The notes: generated by a model not told the origin, from the sequence alone. A DNA stretch of 63,916 nucleotides, filler included, from Reticulomyxa filosa (GCA_000512085.1; 20 parts of 20 records of this genome joined end to end with filler, not necessarily neighbours in it); one strand, 5' to 3'. Positions 35,552-50,046 are shown, numbered from the whole stretch's first letter. A program made the numbers and translations.

Positions 35552-38500
35552 TTAACGATCAAAGTCAGATGGCAACTCTGTGCTCTCATCGCTGCTTAAC
35601 ACCCAATGACTCATTTCCTCGTTCAAAATGGCAATCTCTTTGTCTCGTTTTCGTTTCTGTCGTTTACGTCGTCTCTTCAAGTAGTGCTCGACGACGGACA
35701 CCAACTCCTTTCGCTCGCTGTCTAACAGCGGCTTTCGTAGCAGCAACTTGTCCTGCGTGGAGTCGTTGCCGACAGCTGTGACGTTCATGACGCCGTCGTG
35801 CGACTGCGCGTCGAGTTGCTTCAGGTCGTTGAGATACTTGGTCTCCACGTCGATCTCTTGGTGGTACTTGGTTATGATCTGCGACAAGCACGTCATCCAT
35901 GTTCGGATCGTGTGTGGAGTCACTTGCAAGGACTGCGAAAGGTCGTCCATCGATCGTGCATACGTCACCACGTCGCGAATCGCTTGTAACTTTTGCGACG
36001 CCGTTCGTGTTTTGCTCTGCGAGTTTAAAAACGACGGCTTCTTCACTTTCTTACGACGCTTTTGGGGAGACGTCTTTTGCGTTGACACGCTCGTGTCTTT
36101 TTCTTTCTTTGATACCGAGGTCCGCTCATTCATCCAACTGAACGAATCTTGCACTGATTTCCACCATTTCTGCAGCTGCAAAGGTTCAATCGTTTCTTTT
36201 TTTTTTTTAATTTGATCATTTTGTTATATACTATATAATGCATACGCACGTATACATACATATGTACATTTATATACGTATATATGTATTCTGTGCATTG
36301 TGTGTGTGGGATATGAAACAAAACTTCTTCCAAGCATAAGGAACACGCAATATCGTTTATAGAGTGTGAACAACGACGTGGAAGAGACGTAAAAATGAGG
36401 ATTTTTCACACAACGCTTTTCCTCCAGAACGTGGTGATTGAAACGGCGGATCAACGCTCTTCCGCCGTTTTCTAACAGGTATTCACACAACCAAATGCTG
36501 TCAGCAACATTCAGCCCGTTGACACCTTTCTCGCTTCGTTCGATGTTTTCGCACACTCGTGCTGCGGACAACACGCAACACAATTACAATTTTTTTTTCC
36601 CTCAAAATTCTCAACAACAATACATAAATAAATAAATAAATAAATGGAGTGGCTCAACTCAAATTATTGTTCAACAATATTTGATCGGATACGTACTGAT
36701 TCAATTCGGGGTGCTTGTAAGTTCGCCATTTCCTCCACTTGGACATGTGAGAGGGTTGGGGATCAACTTGCATTTTGTTTGTTTGAATGAACAAATCAAA
36801 GTAGGATCAGAGCAGACACATACATATAAATATATAAATATATAAATATGCATATATGCATATATGTATGTATATGTGTATATACATGTATATGTATTGA
36901 TGTACACAACTTCCATTGAACATCAAAATGACTGGATACAGAGTCATGAGCTGCCGCACGTATTGCGGAGGCAAGCTGACATGCTTTGCGACTTTGGTGA
37001 CTCTGCCACTGATATGGGGACGTTTGAGCACATCTTCGATGACTAACAGACGTTCCTTATTGGACAAAGACAGTACATGTCGATGTCGAAATCGATTCAA
37101 AGCGAGCGAGTACAATTGGAATTTGTTTGTGATTGATTCTACCGATGGTGATGGGGAATGTTCCTGTGTCTTATACCACTCTATGTTTTGTTTTGTTTTG
37201 TTTTTTGTCAAAAAAAAAAAAAATAATAATGATAATAAACAAAACTTTGTTTATACAATTTTTGAATCCATGTAATAAAAGTTGATTCATCCGGGATATT
37301 GATTTCCTTACAATGGAGACTTGCTTTATAATTGGCAATGCGCGTGGAATAGGCATTCAATTCGTGCAATGGTTTGTGGATTTGCGTTTCGTTCAGTTGT
37401 TGGCGTTGGTATTGGTCCATTGTCAGTTCATAGGGCTCAAAGACATTGGCCCAGCCAAAATAATTGTCCTTTTCGTCCCTATCGACATCAATGTCGTGTT
37501 TGCTGCTGCCTTTGTCTTTTCCCTTTGATTCCATCAGTTTCTTTACCGGGATTGGATATACATACGCGCATGTCCAATAGTCATTTAAAATCTACGCTTT
37601 TTGTGTTTATTATTGTTGTTATCACAAACATGTGTATGTATAAATCTGTTTACAATGATCAAATTGGGACATGCACCTGAAAAGAAAAAGTGAGTTGAGA
37701 ATGGAATAAAATGCAATGTCGATATAACAATGAAATGTTATCGTTGTATTTGAGACAAAGAGGACAAGCAAAGTCGGTTGAGTAAAACATTTCTGGTTTG
37801 CCACTATGTTTGATCATTTGATCATTTGTATACATATACATATATATATATATGTATATATATATATATTTATTTTTTTTTTTCTTAAAAGATAAAAACA
37901 CAAAATAATTTGTAACAAATAGCACAGCATAATACAAATGAATATTGGAACTGTGGATGGCAGAATTGCCACAAACAATAGTAATTGTGTTGATTTTCCA
38001 AATGCACCGACGTTTGTGATTGTGATTGCATATACTTCTTTTCTTTTTGTTCCTCATCAATATCAACATTAATATCAACATCAACATTAACATCGACATC
38101 AGTCAATGCATGCCGCTGTCTTTCCAATTCGTCGATATAAAAAGGTGACTGCTTTTCCAAAGAATGACGTGAAGCATTGAGTTGAATCGAGGACATGATC
38201 AATCGCTTTTGTCGCAAGTGCGAGTGGACGGAAGGCGTTGCAGTGATCTCTTTTTCATATGTTGACAACAGTCGACGGATGTCTGCGTTGGACAAACTCA
38301 GATTATGTTCACTGTGTTCCCATTCCCATTCCCATTCCCATTGCACAGAGCACTCTAACACGCCAAACAACAGAGACTCGTTGTCGGCGTTGTGCAATTC
38401 AATCCAAACTGTCCTCTCGTCCTTGTCGTCGTCGGTCACATTCCAAACACCAACACTTCGTTGGGTTGTTGTTGTTGTTGTTGTATCTTTTTGTTCAATC

Positions 38501-39317
38501 GTTACGTCTATCTGCATCAATGCAATCCAAGTCAATTATGTTAATTTTTTTAAAATACATTATATACATATATATATATATATATATATGTATACATACC
38601 TGAAAGAGTAATGTCAATCCTCGACGCAACAAATGTGGATGACACAACAAAGAATCGGTGCCTTCCATTGTGTCAACTATGATTTCATCATGGAGTAATT
38701 GCACACTTATTTCAAATGGAGTTTTGCTCCCTTTCGTTTGCAATTGGATTGTGTTTGGGTCATTAATGGCATCCAACTTTTCGTCTGTGCTCGTGTTTGT
38801 ATTCATTTCCATATCTATGGTCTTGCAATACAATATCTTGTCTTCCAATTCCAATGACACTTTCATTTGTATTTGTCTTATTTGTTTTTCAAATTTACTT
38901 TTGAGAATTCGATTCACCACCACTTTCAACAATGATGACTCGGTTTCGCTCTCTTTTGTGCTTTTCCATTCTTCTTCTTCTTATTTTGTTGGTTGTGGCT
39001 CCGAGGAGAGCTTCTCCAATACATTGTTCAATGTTCGTTGTGAATTTATTTGTCTTTCACGCCTCTTTTTCTCTCTCGTGTGATAGCGGGATAAACAGAT
39101 GGGCTTTTGGATGTCACACACCAATCCACTTTATACACATATCTTTCTTTCACCAAAGACAATCCTTTTCTTCGCACAAAACTGTCGCAAAGTCACGGAC
39201 TGACGAAATTGCCGCATTTAAGAATTCATTCAAATACGTATTGCGGAATTGTGCCTTTCGCTGCAATTCCGTGGAATTTTTGTGTAATGTGTCTTCTGCT
39301 TTCCGTTTATGAGACAT
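35552..39317 (-). CDS. Large multi-exon hypothetical gene (about 8 exons); in-frame TAA at 38981-38983
   Basis: Chain of coding-like minus-strand exons (ATG 39317; ORF spans 38495-38932, 37885-38535, 37208-37534, 36807-37211, 36224-36583, 35552-36181) separated by (TA)n GT-AG introns. No family recognised. Confidence 0.55.
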
Positions 39318-39806
39318 CGAAAGGGGGACCGCAAAGAACTTTTCTCGTTATGTCGGGTGACAAGTTTAACACAAAAAAAAAGACAACAATTTTGATTTCA
39401 TAACAAATATTTAATAAATTAAAAATGAAATCAAAACAGTTGCTTCAATATCTTTTTTCAAAGGTATAGAATGAAATAATCCAATCATTTCATTGCCCAA
39501 TCTTGATTGATGATAACTACAGTTCATTTGTATTGGAAAAACAATCTAATCATCAATATAACACAAGTTGTGCTTGTACATCGCCTTTACTTCCAATCAG
39601 AAATAGCACACATTCTGTGCTTCTTTTTATAATGCATTGTATTTCATTCTTCTTATGTATCATATATTATCACAAAAATTGAAGCAAATGGAACACTTGA
39701 ACATTTGCAGATAATATTTCCAAAAAAAAATTTTTGTATGAAAACATGTTTTTGTGCCTAAGATTGTGTAATTAGACATCTATTTCACGCAAAATGCAAA
39801 TATGCC

Positions 39807-42595
39807 TTTTCCAAAAGTTCAGAATGTGATGTTTGGTTCAGTGTGCATTTGGACTGATCAAAAACACCATTTTTTCATTTTTTCATTTTTGATTTGTCGT
39901 AAACTAATCAAAAAAATTACAAAAATTTTACAATGGCATTAAGTTACTTTAAATAGCTAGTTTTTTTTAAAAAAATCCCTTTGGAAACACTTTTGAAAAA
40001 TTTTAAAAATAACAAAAATAATCAAAAATAAACAAAAATAGTAATAAATACAATTGAAAGTAAAATAGATCATTTTTATAATTTTTCTGGTAATTTAATA
40101 AATGAGCATTTTTTGAAGTAATTGCAGCAAAAATCGATGTTTTCGTTCACCTTATTTTGTTTGATATAGGGGTAGCCCCCTTCAAGTAATGCTAGAAATG
40201 AGGTGTTACGGAAATTTGAAGACTTTCTCGCGTGGAGTAAAGAATATGAATGTGTTGGTGGTTCAGGATTGCGATTACGAAGGAATCTTTGGAAGTTATT
40301 TCTTCGACACGTGTCAGACCGTAGTGAACTTAGAACAAGTATGCGAATGCGTGGATGTAAAAAAATGAAGTACGTAATACACGAAAAATTAAAGAAGAAA
40401 GTGCACAAGAGTTTTTGGCAGTGCACACACAAAATGCGCGCAGTCGATGCTCGTTATAAAACGAAACTCAAGAATGGTTAAAATACGTAGGTTTGTTTTT
40501 CTCTTTTTTTTTGGGCGTATGCAAACGAAAACGTTTTTATTTCACGTATATCCAAACAAATTTTTTTTTTTTTACAGGCTGAAATCTTGTTCTTCCGATG
40601 CTTATGGATTGAACGAAGTCAATAATTGCAACTACGTTTGTCAATTTTTTAGCACAATAAATGCTCGTTGGCCTCAGTCAGTTTTCAGAAAGCAGCGAAC
40701 AACAACAAGAAGTTGTATTTTTAACGTAATATATAATAAAAGAAATGACCGGACAAATATTGTATGATGTCTCGAAGTAAAGAATTCCGAGTTTGTATAG
40801 TTTGTTGTTCCAGAGAAACTTTGACTATTATCAAAGTCACCAATTTTTGTCATAGTTTTGTTTTTGCAATGTGTGTGTTGAATCAAATTTTGAATGTGTT
40901 TTGTTCACACATAATTAGAAAAATGAATTGAATGAGCATTTTGCTCCATGTAGTGAAATACTGAACATCCTAGTCAATTGAATACATGTGGTAGTAGCGG
41001 AAAAAAAAAAGATGGACGATTACAGAAAAGGTAGCTTTTATTTTTTTACACTAATGTCATTACTGATTAAGTGTGTTTCAAGGATATATCATTGTGTTGT
41101 TGCTGATAATGTTGATGTGTAGATTGTCACTTACCTTGCTAAATGGATGTACATGTTTTGTAAAATTAAATAAATGTATTTGTACATTTGTGAACATATG
41201 TTTATTTATTTATTTTATAAAAATAAACGAATAAATACATAAATAAACAGAATCTGAAATGGAAGAAAAATCGATATGTTGTCCTTTTCCAATTCAAAAA
41301 GCAAATCATCAGCAAATTGGTAAAAATGTTTATACTTTATTTTTTTAAGATGTTATTACATTTGTACATTCATACACGTTAAAGACTTCAACTAAATTTA
41401 TCAATCTTACAATTATCGCAAGCACAAGTATTGCAAAGCTTAAACACTGATATTTACTTCAATGCAAATAATCGTTCATCTCGATTCCAATGTAGGATTT
41501 TGTAAATTTGCTAATCTCTTTCTATTCTGCTTTTAAATAAATTTGATTACTTGAACAGATGGAAAGAATCAAGTTCAGTTCACATATGTAATGCTGAACA
41601 GTGTAAAATTAGAGATGTTGTTTTTAAATAAATAATTCAAATTTTTTTAATGAAAAATTACAAAGAGTCAATGTTTAATTATTTTGTTGAGTTCTTTGTT
41701 GATTTTGTAGAGACAGTTTCCTATTAGATATTCATTGCGCATAAAAAGCAAATATATCTAGTTGTCCAAAAGAGATAAAAAAGCCTTTGAAAACATGATT
41801 GACCAAAAAAAATAGCACAACATCTTTGTCAAAACTCAAACCCATTCACTCAATCAATACGCAAAGGTAAAAAAATCTTGCAAAAGTGGCTGTTGTACAT
41901 TTGAGTGAAAGTGTTGAAGGCAAGACATAGTATTTGCTTGCTTTTTCCAAAAGTTCAGATTGTGATTTGGTTTAATCCACATTTGGAGACCAAAAATACC
42001 ATTCGTTCATTTTCTTATTTTTGATTTGTCGTTACATTAATCAAAAAATTACATAACTTTTATTTTTTTTACAATGGCATTAAGTTACTTTAAATAGCTA
42101 GTTTTTTTAAAAAAAGTCCCTTTGGAAACACTTTTGAAAAATTTTAAAAAATAACAAAAAATAGTCAAAAATAGTAAATAAATACAATTGAAAGCAAAAT
42201 GGATCATTTTTATAATTTTTTTGTAATTTAATAAATGAGCATTTTTTGAAGTAATTGCAGCAAAAATCGATGTTTTCGTTCACCTTATTTTGTTTGATAT
42301 AGGGGTAGCCCCCTTCAAGTAATGTTAGAAATGACGTGTTGCGGAAATTTTGAGATTTCCTCGCTTGGAGCAAAGGATACGAATAAGTTTGTAGTTCATT
42401 ATTGCGATTACGAAGGAATCTTTGGAAGTTATGTCTTCGACCTTTCAGACCGTGGTGAACTTCGGCAAAAACTTTGAAGAAAGAAGAGAACATTACGTAA
42501 TACCGAAAAATTGAAGAAGGAAGTGCACAAATATTTTTGGTAGTGCACACGAGCTGCGTGCAGTCGCGATTCGTTATAAAATGAAACACAAGAAT
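39807..42595 (+). repeat. Two ~670-bp direct repeat copies (39807-40478 and 41942-42595); second copy pseudogenised
   Basis: Alignable throughout; 102-bp identical core (40090-40191 = 42223-42324). Exon LRKFEDFLAWSKEYE...LRLRRNLWKL has stops at 42351 and 42384 in copy 2. Confidence 0.9.
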
Positions 42596-45500
42596 ATTTG
42601 GAAATATGTACATTTATCAAATAAGATGGAAAAAAAAAAGAGATAGCGAAACGTTGTCACTCAAGTGTGTTCCCCGCGGTGGCGTTGGTGAACTGCCGGA
42701 TTGCGTATTCCAGCGATGCAAAAATCACAACAAGTAAAATGTGCGTGGCGAATCGGAGTTTGTTATCAAAGACCCGTTAGTGGTGATTTACCTGTCGACA
42801 CCATGGAAAGCTGGACAGCGCAGAAGAGCCAAAGGGCAAGATTGTGCCGTTGCAAACAAGTGATTGCACGAGTATGTGGCATTTTGAGGGGTTAGTTGCT
42901 TGAGCAACAAGCTGCAAATCAATAAAAAAAAGTGACAAAAAATAAAGTGATTAACATTTAAGACAAAATTTATTTTTTGTGCTCATTAGTTTGATGTTAT
43001 GCGAAAAAATCAATATGGATACGTCTAAAATATGNNNNNNNNNNNNNNNNNNNNNNNNNNNNNNNNNNNNNNNNNNNNTTAATTAATTAANNNNNNNNNN
43101 NNNNNNNNNNNNNNNNNNNNNNNNNNNNNNNNNNGTGATGTGCATTGATGACCCTGCTGTAGATCCTAGCCCACCAAAAAATTGAAAAGCAACAAACAAA
43201 GCAAAAGTTGAGAGCGTCACTTTCATTGAAGCCAGTGACAAGCTGACGTCATATTTGCATCAAAAATGCCAATAGTTGTAACCCCATTTGATTAGTGCAA
43301 GTCATTGGGTATGTCTAAAACAAAAAGAATTTTTCATATGATAATAATAACTTATATTGTATTATTATAATTATTATAGGACGAATGGCTGCCATGGAGT
43401 CGGGCTCGTTAATTATGTTGAGAAAAATTGTGTCAAAACAGAAGAGAACAAAAAATTGACACAAAAAATTTTAAATGAATGAATGGTTATTTTGTTTTGA
43501 TGATTCCACTTGTTTTTTTTACAAAAGATACAAAACAAGTGTTCCATTTTTTTTTGGTATGCTAATGTCGCACAACATCCAGTTTTTCAAATAAAAAGAA
43601 TACTTTTCTTATTGTAATAATTTGGTGGTGCTGTTTCATTTTTTGTCTAGTATCAAATCGAAATTATAAAAAAAATTTTTAAAATGTGTTACAAGGGGAG
43701 TGCAGTTTGGCATCATTGATACGCAAAGCTTGTGTCCTTCCAATCATTAAAGCCCAGTGAAACAAAAAATGTACCTTATTAGCTCTTTTAGGCTATTATA
43801 ACATTCAACAGAATGACCTTCAATATCAAAACAGAAAAAAACACAATTTTGTCGCAAAATATGACAATGTGCTTTCGTTGCTACTTTTTCGAGACAGAAA
43901 AAACTTTGAATAAAATGTGAAAAGATGACACCGACGTCTAGCATCAGTTAAGGTAATTTTAATTTTATTTTAATCAGATTTGAGACATTTATACTCTTGA
44001 ACGGCACGGACATATTCAAAGTTTCTTGATTAGCCAGTCATTTCCAATCATCTGTCTTGTTTGATCTTATAAACACTCTAGAGTTTGTGTTCTTCAAAGT
44101 GTTGCAAGACTAAGTGAATAAAAACTATATTTTGCCTAAAATTCCGAAAAAAACGAAATTACACATTCGAAAAACTATTCTCAGTATCAAATACCAAAAA
44201 AACAACTCAAAGAGGGGTTGTTTCCTTTTTTTATTCAAAAAATAGATCAAGATTGAAGTCTTTTACCTCTTAATTACGATATCTGCTGTTTGAAGGCAAA
44301 TCTTCTGTTTCATCATTGTCTTCGCCTAAGTTGTGACACTTTTGTTAAGTTAATTGCGTTTGAAACGACAACAACTCAACGTACGCGGAAAAGGCTTTGC
44401 ATCTCGTGAATATTTATTCTGCAAACAATTTGGCAATAATTTCCTTATCAATACAAAGATGCAATAACTTGTCGTGTGAAGGTTATTTTCTATGTGAATG
44501 TGTTATGAATGACGGAGAAAAAAAACAAAAACTAATTTGAAACAAGTGCAAAAAAGTGACACAAAATTACAATGCTTTTTCTGTAAAAACCTTTATACCA
44601 TTTCGCTTTACTTCATAAATAAACATGAGTCACAATGATGAAATTCTTTATTGTATATACGTACCTCAAAATGCGAAAAATCGTGTTTTCAAATAAAAAA
44701 GATAAATTGCATCAACGCAATCAAAATGAATGCATATTTTTGCTTGCCACCGCTATTCATAACATGTTCATTTAATTTCCAACTGCAGCAGAACCATCTT
44801 GTATAGTACTATTATAACCAATCAAAAATAATGCACGATTGTGAATAGATAAAAAAATCAAAGTTTTTCTATTCGTTTTGCAATGAATAAAGAAAAAATT
44901 TGTTGGAAGCAGCATTTTTGTTTTGGGTGCTACGAGTAAATATTTTGACAACAAGCAGTGTTTGGATTGGATTAATATCTATTGAAAATACAGTCATCTC
45001 ATTGAAGTAACTATCTGGAGACGCACTATTATTATTTTTTCAGAATCTACCAAATGTGCGTATTTTCTCGATTGTCAGCGACGAAGATCCAATCCAAAAA
45101 CATGTCAAACAAATCTCAGGTCATTTGTAAATGACTGGATCATTTAATCAGAAATTAGGTTGTACATTTAATGGCACTTCGTTGATGAATCATTAGTAAA
45201 GAACTTTCGTTGTAACACACCATCGGTATAAGACAACACCAAAAAATTGACATATAATACGTGCACCAACAGTTTGGAAAGTAGCGAGCAAGAAACTTAG
45301 TCTTTTGCAATCTCCACGAAGAGATGTGTTTCTTCAAATCAAAGGATCATTTATTTTTGCATTGAAAAAAAGACCACAAGAACAGACCATACACAAGTAT
45401 TTTTTAATGCAATAAGCAAGAAGGGTTTGTGTCTTGTAATGCTAGTCACTTGTGGACAATAAACAAAAAAGTACTATCTAACATCGTCTGATAAACATTT

Positions 45501-45823
45501 AGCAAACTGACAAATTGAAGCTCATTAGCACTATAACATGTTTTCGATATAATTTCTTTTTCCTTCTCTTTGCTTTTGTGTTGAAATAAAAGTAAGATTT
45601 TGACTTTATTTCCATTATATCAAAGCAAAGAAACTTCGTCAGTATCTAAAGAATGAAGTGTTTGCTTCTAATTAACCAAAGTTGTAACAAACTGCAANNN
45701 NNNNNNNNNNNNNNNNNNNNNNNNNNNNNNNNNNNNNNNNNTTAATTAATTAANNNNNNNNNNNNNNNNNNNNNNNNNNNNNNNNNNNNNNNNNNNNAAA
45801 AAAAAAAAAAAAAAAGGAAGAAA

Positions 45824-47020
45824 TCACTTTGAAAGATCGTCAGAAACATCAATAATAATAGTAATGGTATTGCTAGACCAAAACTTGTCAATGATATATT
45901 TAAAAGAAAGGGGATCGCCTCGGAGACGTTTGCACAAGACCAAGTATTTGGACTGGAATCGATATTGTCGGACTTCAAATTCAGTTTCCAAAGGGGTGTT
46001 GTTTTCGTCGGCGAAACAACGTATGACAGTGCGTGTGTCAATAGGATGGATATCGACTTTGGCGCCTTCATAGTCAGTGCAAAGCGTTCAAACGACGCGG
46101 CGACAATGGCCGGAGAGAGCCGAGTGAAAAAGTAGTATGGAGTACTTGCAAAGGTACCATCTGTGAAATTTTCGATATACGTATCAAAGTGTTGAAACGG
46201 ATCAATTTCTTTGACACGTTTGGCATAAAAGCGACGGATTAAAAAGTGGAAATATTCTCCGTCTTTGCTTTTATCATATGTCGATTGATCTTGTGCCGAC
46301 AAAGGGCACCTACACCGATAGCTGCCACATACATTGTGATTATCTCCTCTTTCTTTTTCTCTTTTTTCTCCTCCTTCTTCTCCTTCTCCTTCTCCTTCTC
46401 CTCTTCCTCCTCCTTCTCCTTGATAAGAGCGATGATTCAATTCGTCATTGTTTTCAATCGATAAATTCAATTCTTGATGCTGCTGAATTTTCTTGGCTTT
46501 TTGTGCGCGCACTTTGACGAGACGAGTTTCCAAGTATCGAGCCAACTCAACTGGCGATTTCGTTTCCAATTGAAACCACGAGCGCGATTTGTCTGTTTCT
46601 GCTTCTGTTTCTATTGTTGTTACTGATACTGTTGCTGTTGTTGTTGTTGTTGCTGTTGTTGTTGCTGTTGCTGTTCTTGTTCCTGCTCCTGTTGCTGTTC
46701 CTGTGCCAGCGCCAAAGTGTTCGAGTTTGATTTCCTTCGACCCATACAAAAGCTTGGGACGACGGTAATACTTCCATTCCTCTTTGCGTATCTGGTCGAT
46801 TGTCGGTCGCTGTTCCGGGTCGGGGTGCAACAGCTTCAACAGAAAGTCTTTCAGACGCGCCGGAAATGCCCGCGAGCGCTCGTGCGCTGCCCAAAACAGT
46901 CCATGTTTTGACCATTCCTTTTTGCGATCCAACAGCACGCCCTCACTGCGTTCTTGCCACCCAGTTTCCAACCGACGCCACCACCAGTCCGATGGAATGG
47001 CATCATTGAATGGAGGAACT
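45824..47020 (-). CDS. C-lobe of a CAMK-group Ser/Thr kinase + C-terminal KA1 domain (5'-truncated; frameshift at ~46081)
   Basis: VPPF..A..SDWWW, LKDFLLKLLHPDPEQRPTIDQIRKEEW. After the shift: ETEFEVRQYRFQSKYLVLCKRLRGDPLSFKYIIDKF (KA1). Confidence 0.8.
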
Positions 47021-47167
47021 TTATATATATGTACATATATATACATATACATATATATATATATANNNNNNNNNNNNNNNNNNNNNNNNNNNNNNNNNNN
47101 NNNNNNNNNTTAATTAATTAANNNNNNNNNNNNNNNNNNNNNNNNNNNNNNNNNNNNNNNNNNNNTC

Positions 47168-49080
47168 TTGAATTTTCAAAAAAAAAAAAAAACAAAACAG
47201 AAGCAAAAGGAACCCGGTGATGATAAACCATTTCCCAAACATGTTGTGGTATACGGACCACCTGGGGCAGGAAAATCGCACTTAGTCGCTTATTATTTGG
47301 GCGTGCATCAAAAAGAAAGCCTAGCGTATTTGATGATAAGTTTTGATGCCGACACCAGGCTGCAACAAAATTGTGACAATAAGGACTTTAAGTTGCAGCT
47401 GTTGGTGAGAATTTATTTTGAGCGATATATCAAAGCTGGTCGAATGGACGACAGCAAAGAAGAAAAGAAAAAAGAAGACTGTGCATCTCCCAGAAGGACT
47501 GCGTTTGAGAAATTTTATAGCCGTTTTCTCGACAAATTCCACGAAGAGAAACGCGATGTTGGGAACGTCTTGGAACAGATACGGCAAGAGGAACAGAAAG
47601 AATGTATGCTGCTTGTGTGTGACGATATCGGTCAATGGAAAGAACAGGAGGTGTTACTACATATTGTTAATTATTTCGTATAAAGAATCAAACAAGGTTT
47701 AAAAAAAAATTATAGACGGAATTTTGCAAATTTGTGGACAATCACGTGTTGACTGGGAAAAAAATGATAGCAATTCATACCACCACGTCGATTTCAAAAT
47801 TCAATAAAGAAGAAAATGCGATACTAGTGAATTATGTTTGCTTGGAAGAGTTCATAATGAAGAAATATTCAAACATGGAATCAAATCGTGGATTACAATT
47901 GCTAATGAAATGGTGTAAAGGCTTTACACCAGCGTATGCAGTTCTTATTGGCATGTTGTCTGATGGCAAATCGAAGTTGGAAAAGATATCAAATCAACAA
48001 AGTTTAGTTGATTGTATTAGAGACTTCAAACGCAAGTTGAAACAAGACCCTGTCATGCGAACTTTGTACGAACTACTTATGAAACATCACGAAGCTATTT
48101 GGTATCAATATGTTTTCCTACACCAGTCGAATGAAGACCAAACAGATAAATTTGTGGAAATGGGGATAATAACAGTTTCACAAGACGATAACCAAAAAAA
48201 AGTTGCCATTCCTTTTGCACTTTTGGTGATGATAGACAAGGCGGATAATGACAAACCCTTTATCAATGCGTTAAGTGATATCAACAACGCCAATGAACAT
48301 GCTTCACCGTTGAGTTTTGAACTCTTAGTTGCAGCCCTTTTTCAATTACGATGCGAGGCAAATAAAGGCAAACAAGTGGAATTCACTAAACTTATTCCTA
48401 TATTAAATTCAAGTACAGAATTTAAAGGTTTAATAATCGATATGTCGAAAAAAATTGAAGTCGGCAAATATGAAAAATCCTTTGAAGAGATCATCGAAAA
48501 GCTGGGAGTGTATGGGATCTTTATGTGTAAAGATGACAATCCTGCACTTGACATTGTGGTTAGATTACCATGCTACTACAATGGGGAGCGGAGAATTTTT
48601 TGGGGATTGTTTGAAGTAAAAAAATTAAAAACAAAAATAGCCATAACATACCATCCCAAAACTTGGTCATTCGTGCCAGTGAAAGTGGGCAATTTGCTCA
48701 TATTTACACGAAGTAACGATATTTTAAAAGCTGTCAATCAGAACAAGAGCTCAAGAAAGGGGAGCTGTGAACAGAGACTGGTAAACCAACAATCAAAGGC
48801 AATTAAACTATTTTTGAAAATAAAATTTAAGGAACTTAATATCGTCGTGTATGCCGCCGTTGTTCGAAATACACTTTCATGCAACAGAGTTTATGTACAC
48901 AATCTATTTGGCGGATTCAGTCCTAACTTCAAAGATTTATGGCACTGGACTCCAATTGGTAAACACCAGCATTTCTTCGTAGAAAATAGTTTCATTCTGT
49001 TGTTTTTTTTGTTGTGTTCATTTAAGTTAAATCTTCAGAATAAAATGTATTATTTTTATCGGTTATATTTGTGTATATGA
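47168..49080 (+). CDS. P-loop NTPase + C-terminal PD-(D/E)xK REase-fold protein, Crinkler/RHS (CR)-effector-like; 5'-truncated
   Basis: Walker A VVVYGPPGAGKS (~47255), Walker B LLVCDD (~47610), helical SFELLVA, then NPALDIVV...FEVKK (~48540-48625). Intron near 47678-47755; 3' end uncertain. Confidence 0.6.
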
Positions 49081-49693
49081 TTTTCAAATGTTGTGAAGAT
49101 TCGACAAGATTCGACAAGATTTTCACAACATTTGTTGGCGTGAGTGTTCTTTTTATTGTTATTTGTGTGTTTTTCCAACCGAAAATTGTTTGTACTTTTT
49201 GTGAAAAAAGCTTAAAAATTTACAATATATATAATCAAACTGTATACAAACTTTTTTGTGCGGATATGTCACTGTATTTGAGAACAAACTTCTATACAAT
49301 ATCTAGTTGTTGAATTTTGAACTCAAAAAAGCCTAAAATAACAGTAATTTCAACGAGTTTTTAAAATAGTTTTATATTTGTGTCACAAGTGATTTTTTTT
49401 ACAATATCAAGAGCTATAACTTTTTTTAACACAAAAACTGTGAGGTTGTGGAGCTCCCTTTTAACTCTAATTGGTGAACTTAGTTTGTTAAAGATGCAGT
49501 CCAGTAAGAAATGCGGAAAAAAATTGTGGGGGATAACGCATGAAATGATATATGAGTATTTACATCTTCATAGCGACTATTCTCTGCTGCAAGGTTGAAA
49601 GAGTACACACATACACATGTATATAAATGAGCAAAAGAGATAAGCATTGAGCGCTGGTGATGACACGAAATAGCATTACACGATGATAAGCCG

Positions 49694-50046
49694 ATGATGA
49701 TACGTAGTGACAGTATATACTATTTGACATTGATAACACAGTTGAGGTACCTGGCAATGGAAACGAAGCCGAGCCATTTATTGAGCAACTTGCCGGACAT
49801 TATATCGTTATTGCGTGAGATAACGGATGAAACCGAAGATGCGCCGCAAAGGATTGATAAGAATCACGAGTTGTGTCAAGTGTTATTGGACCTGATTAAG
49901 TTGGAAAACGAGACAAAGATACAAGCAATCATCCATTTGCGATACTTTGAAAGCGATAACAATCGAGAAGAGCATGTGCGTTTATGTGATATGTATATGT
50001 CTCCGGATATGGTCTTACGGCATATATCATCATCATCATCATCATC
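49694..50046 (+). CDS. Hypothetical protein fragment
   Basis: Open 117-codon helical-looking ORF running into the contig end. Confidence 0.35.

Noticed and set aside
43135-45697. Coding-like patches here and at 14200-15100, 18250-19020, 31430-32280 and 59090-60231
   Set aside because: Riddled with stops and no family confidently recognisable; probably old pseudogene debris.
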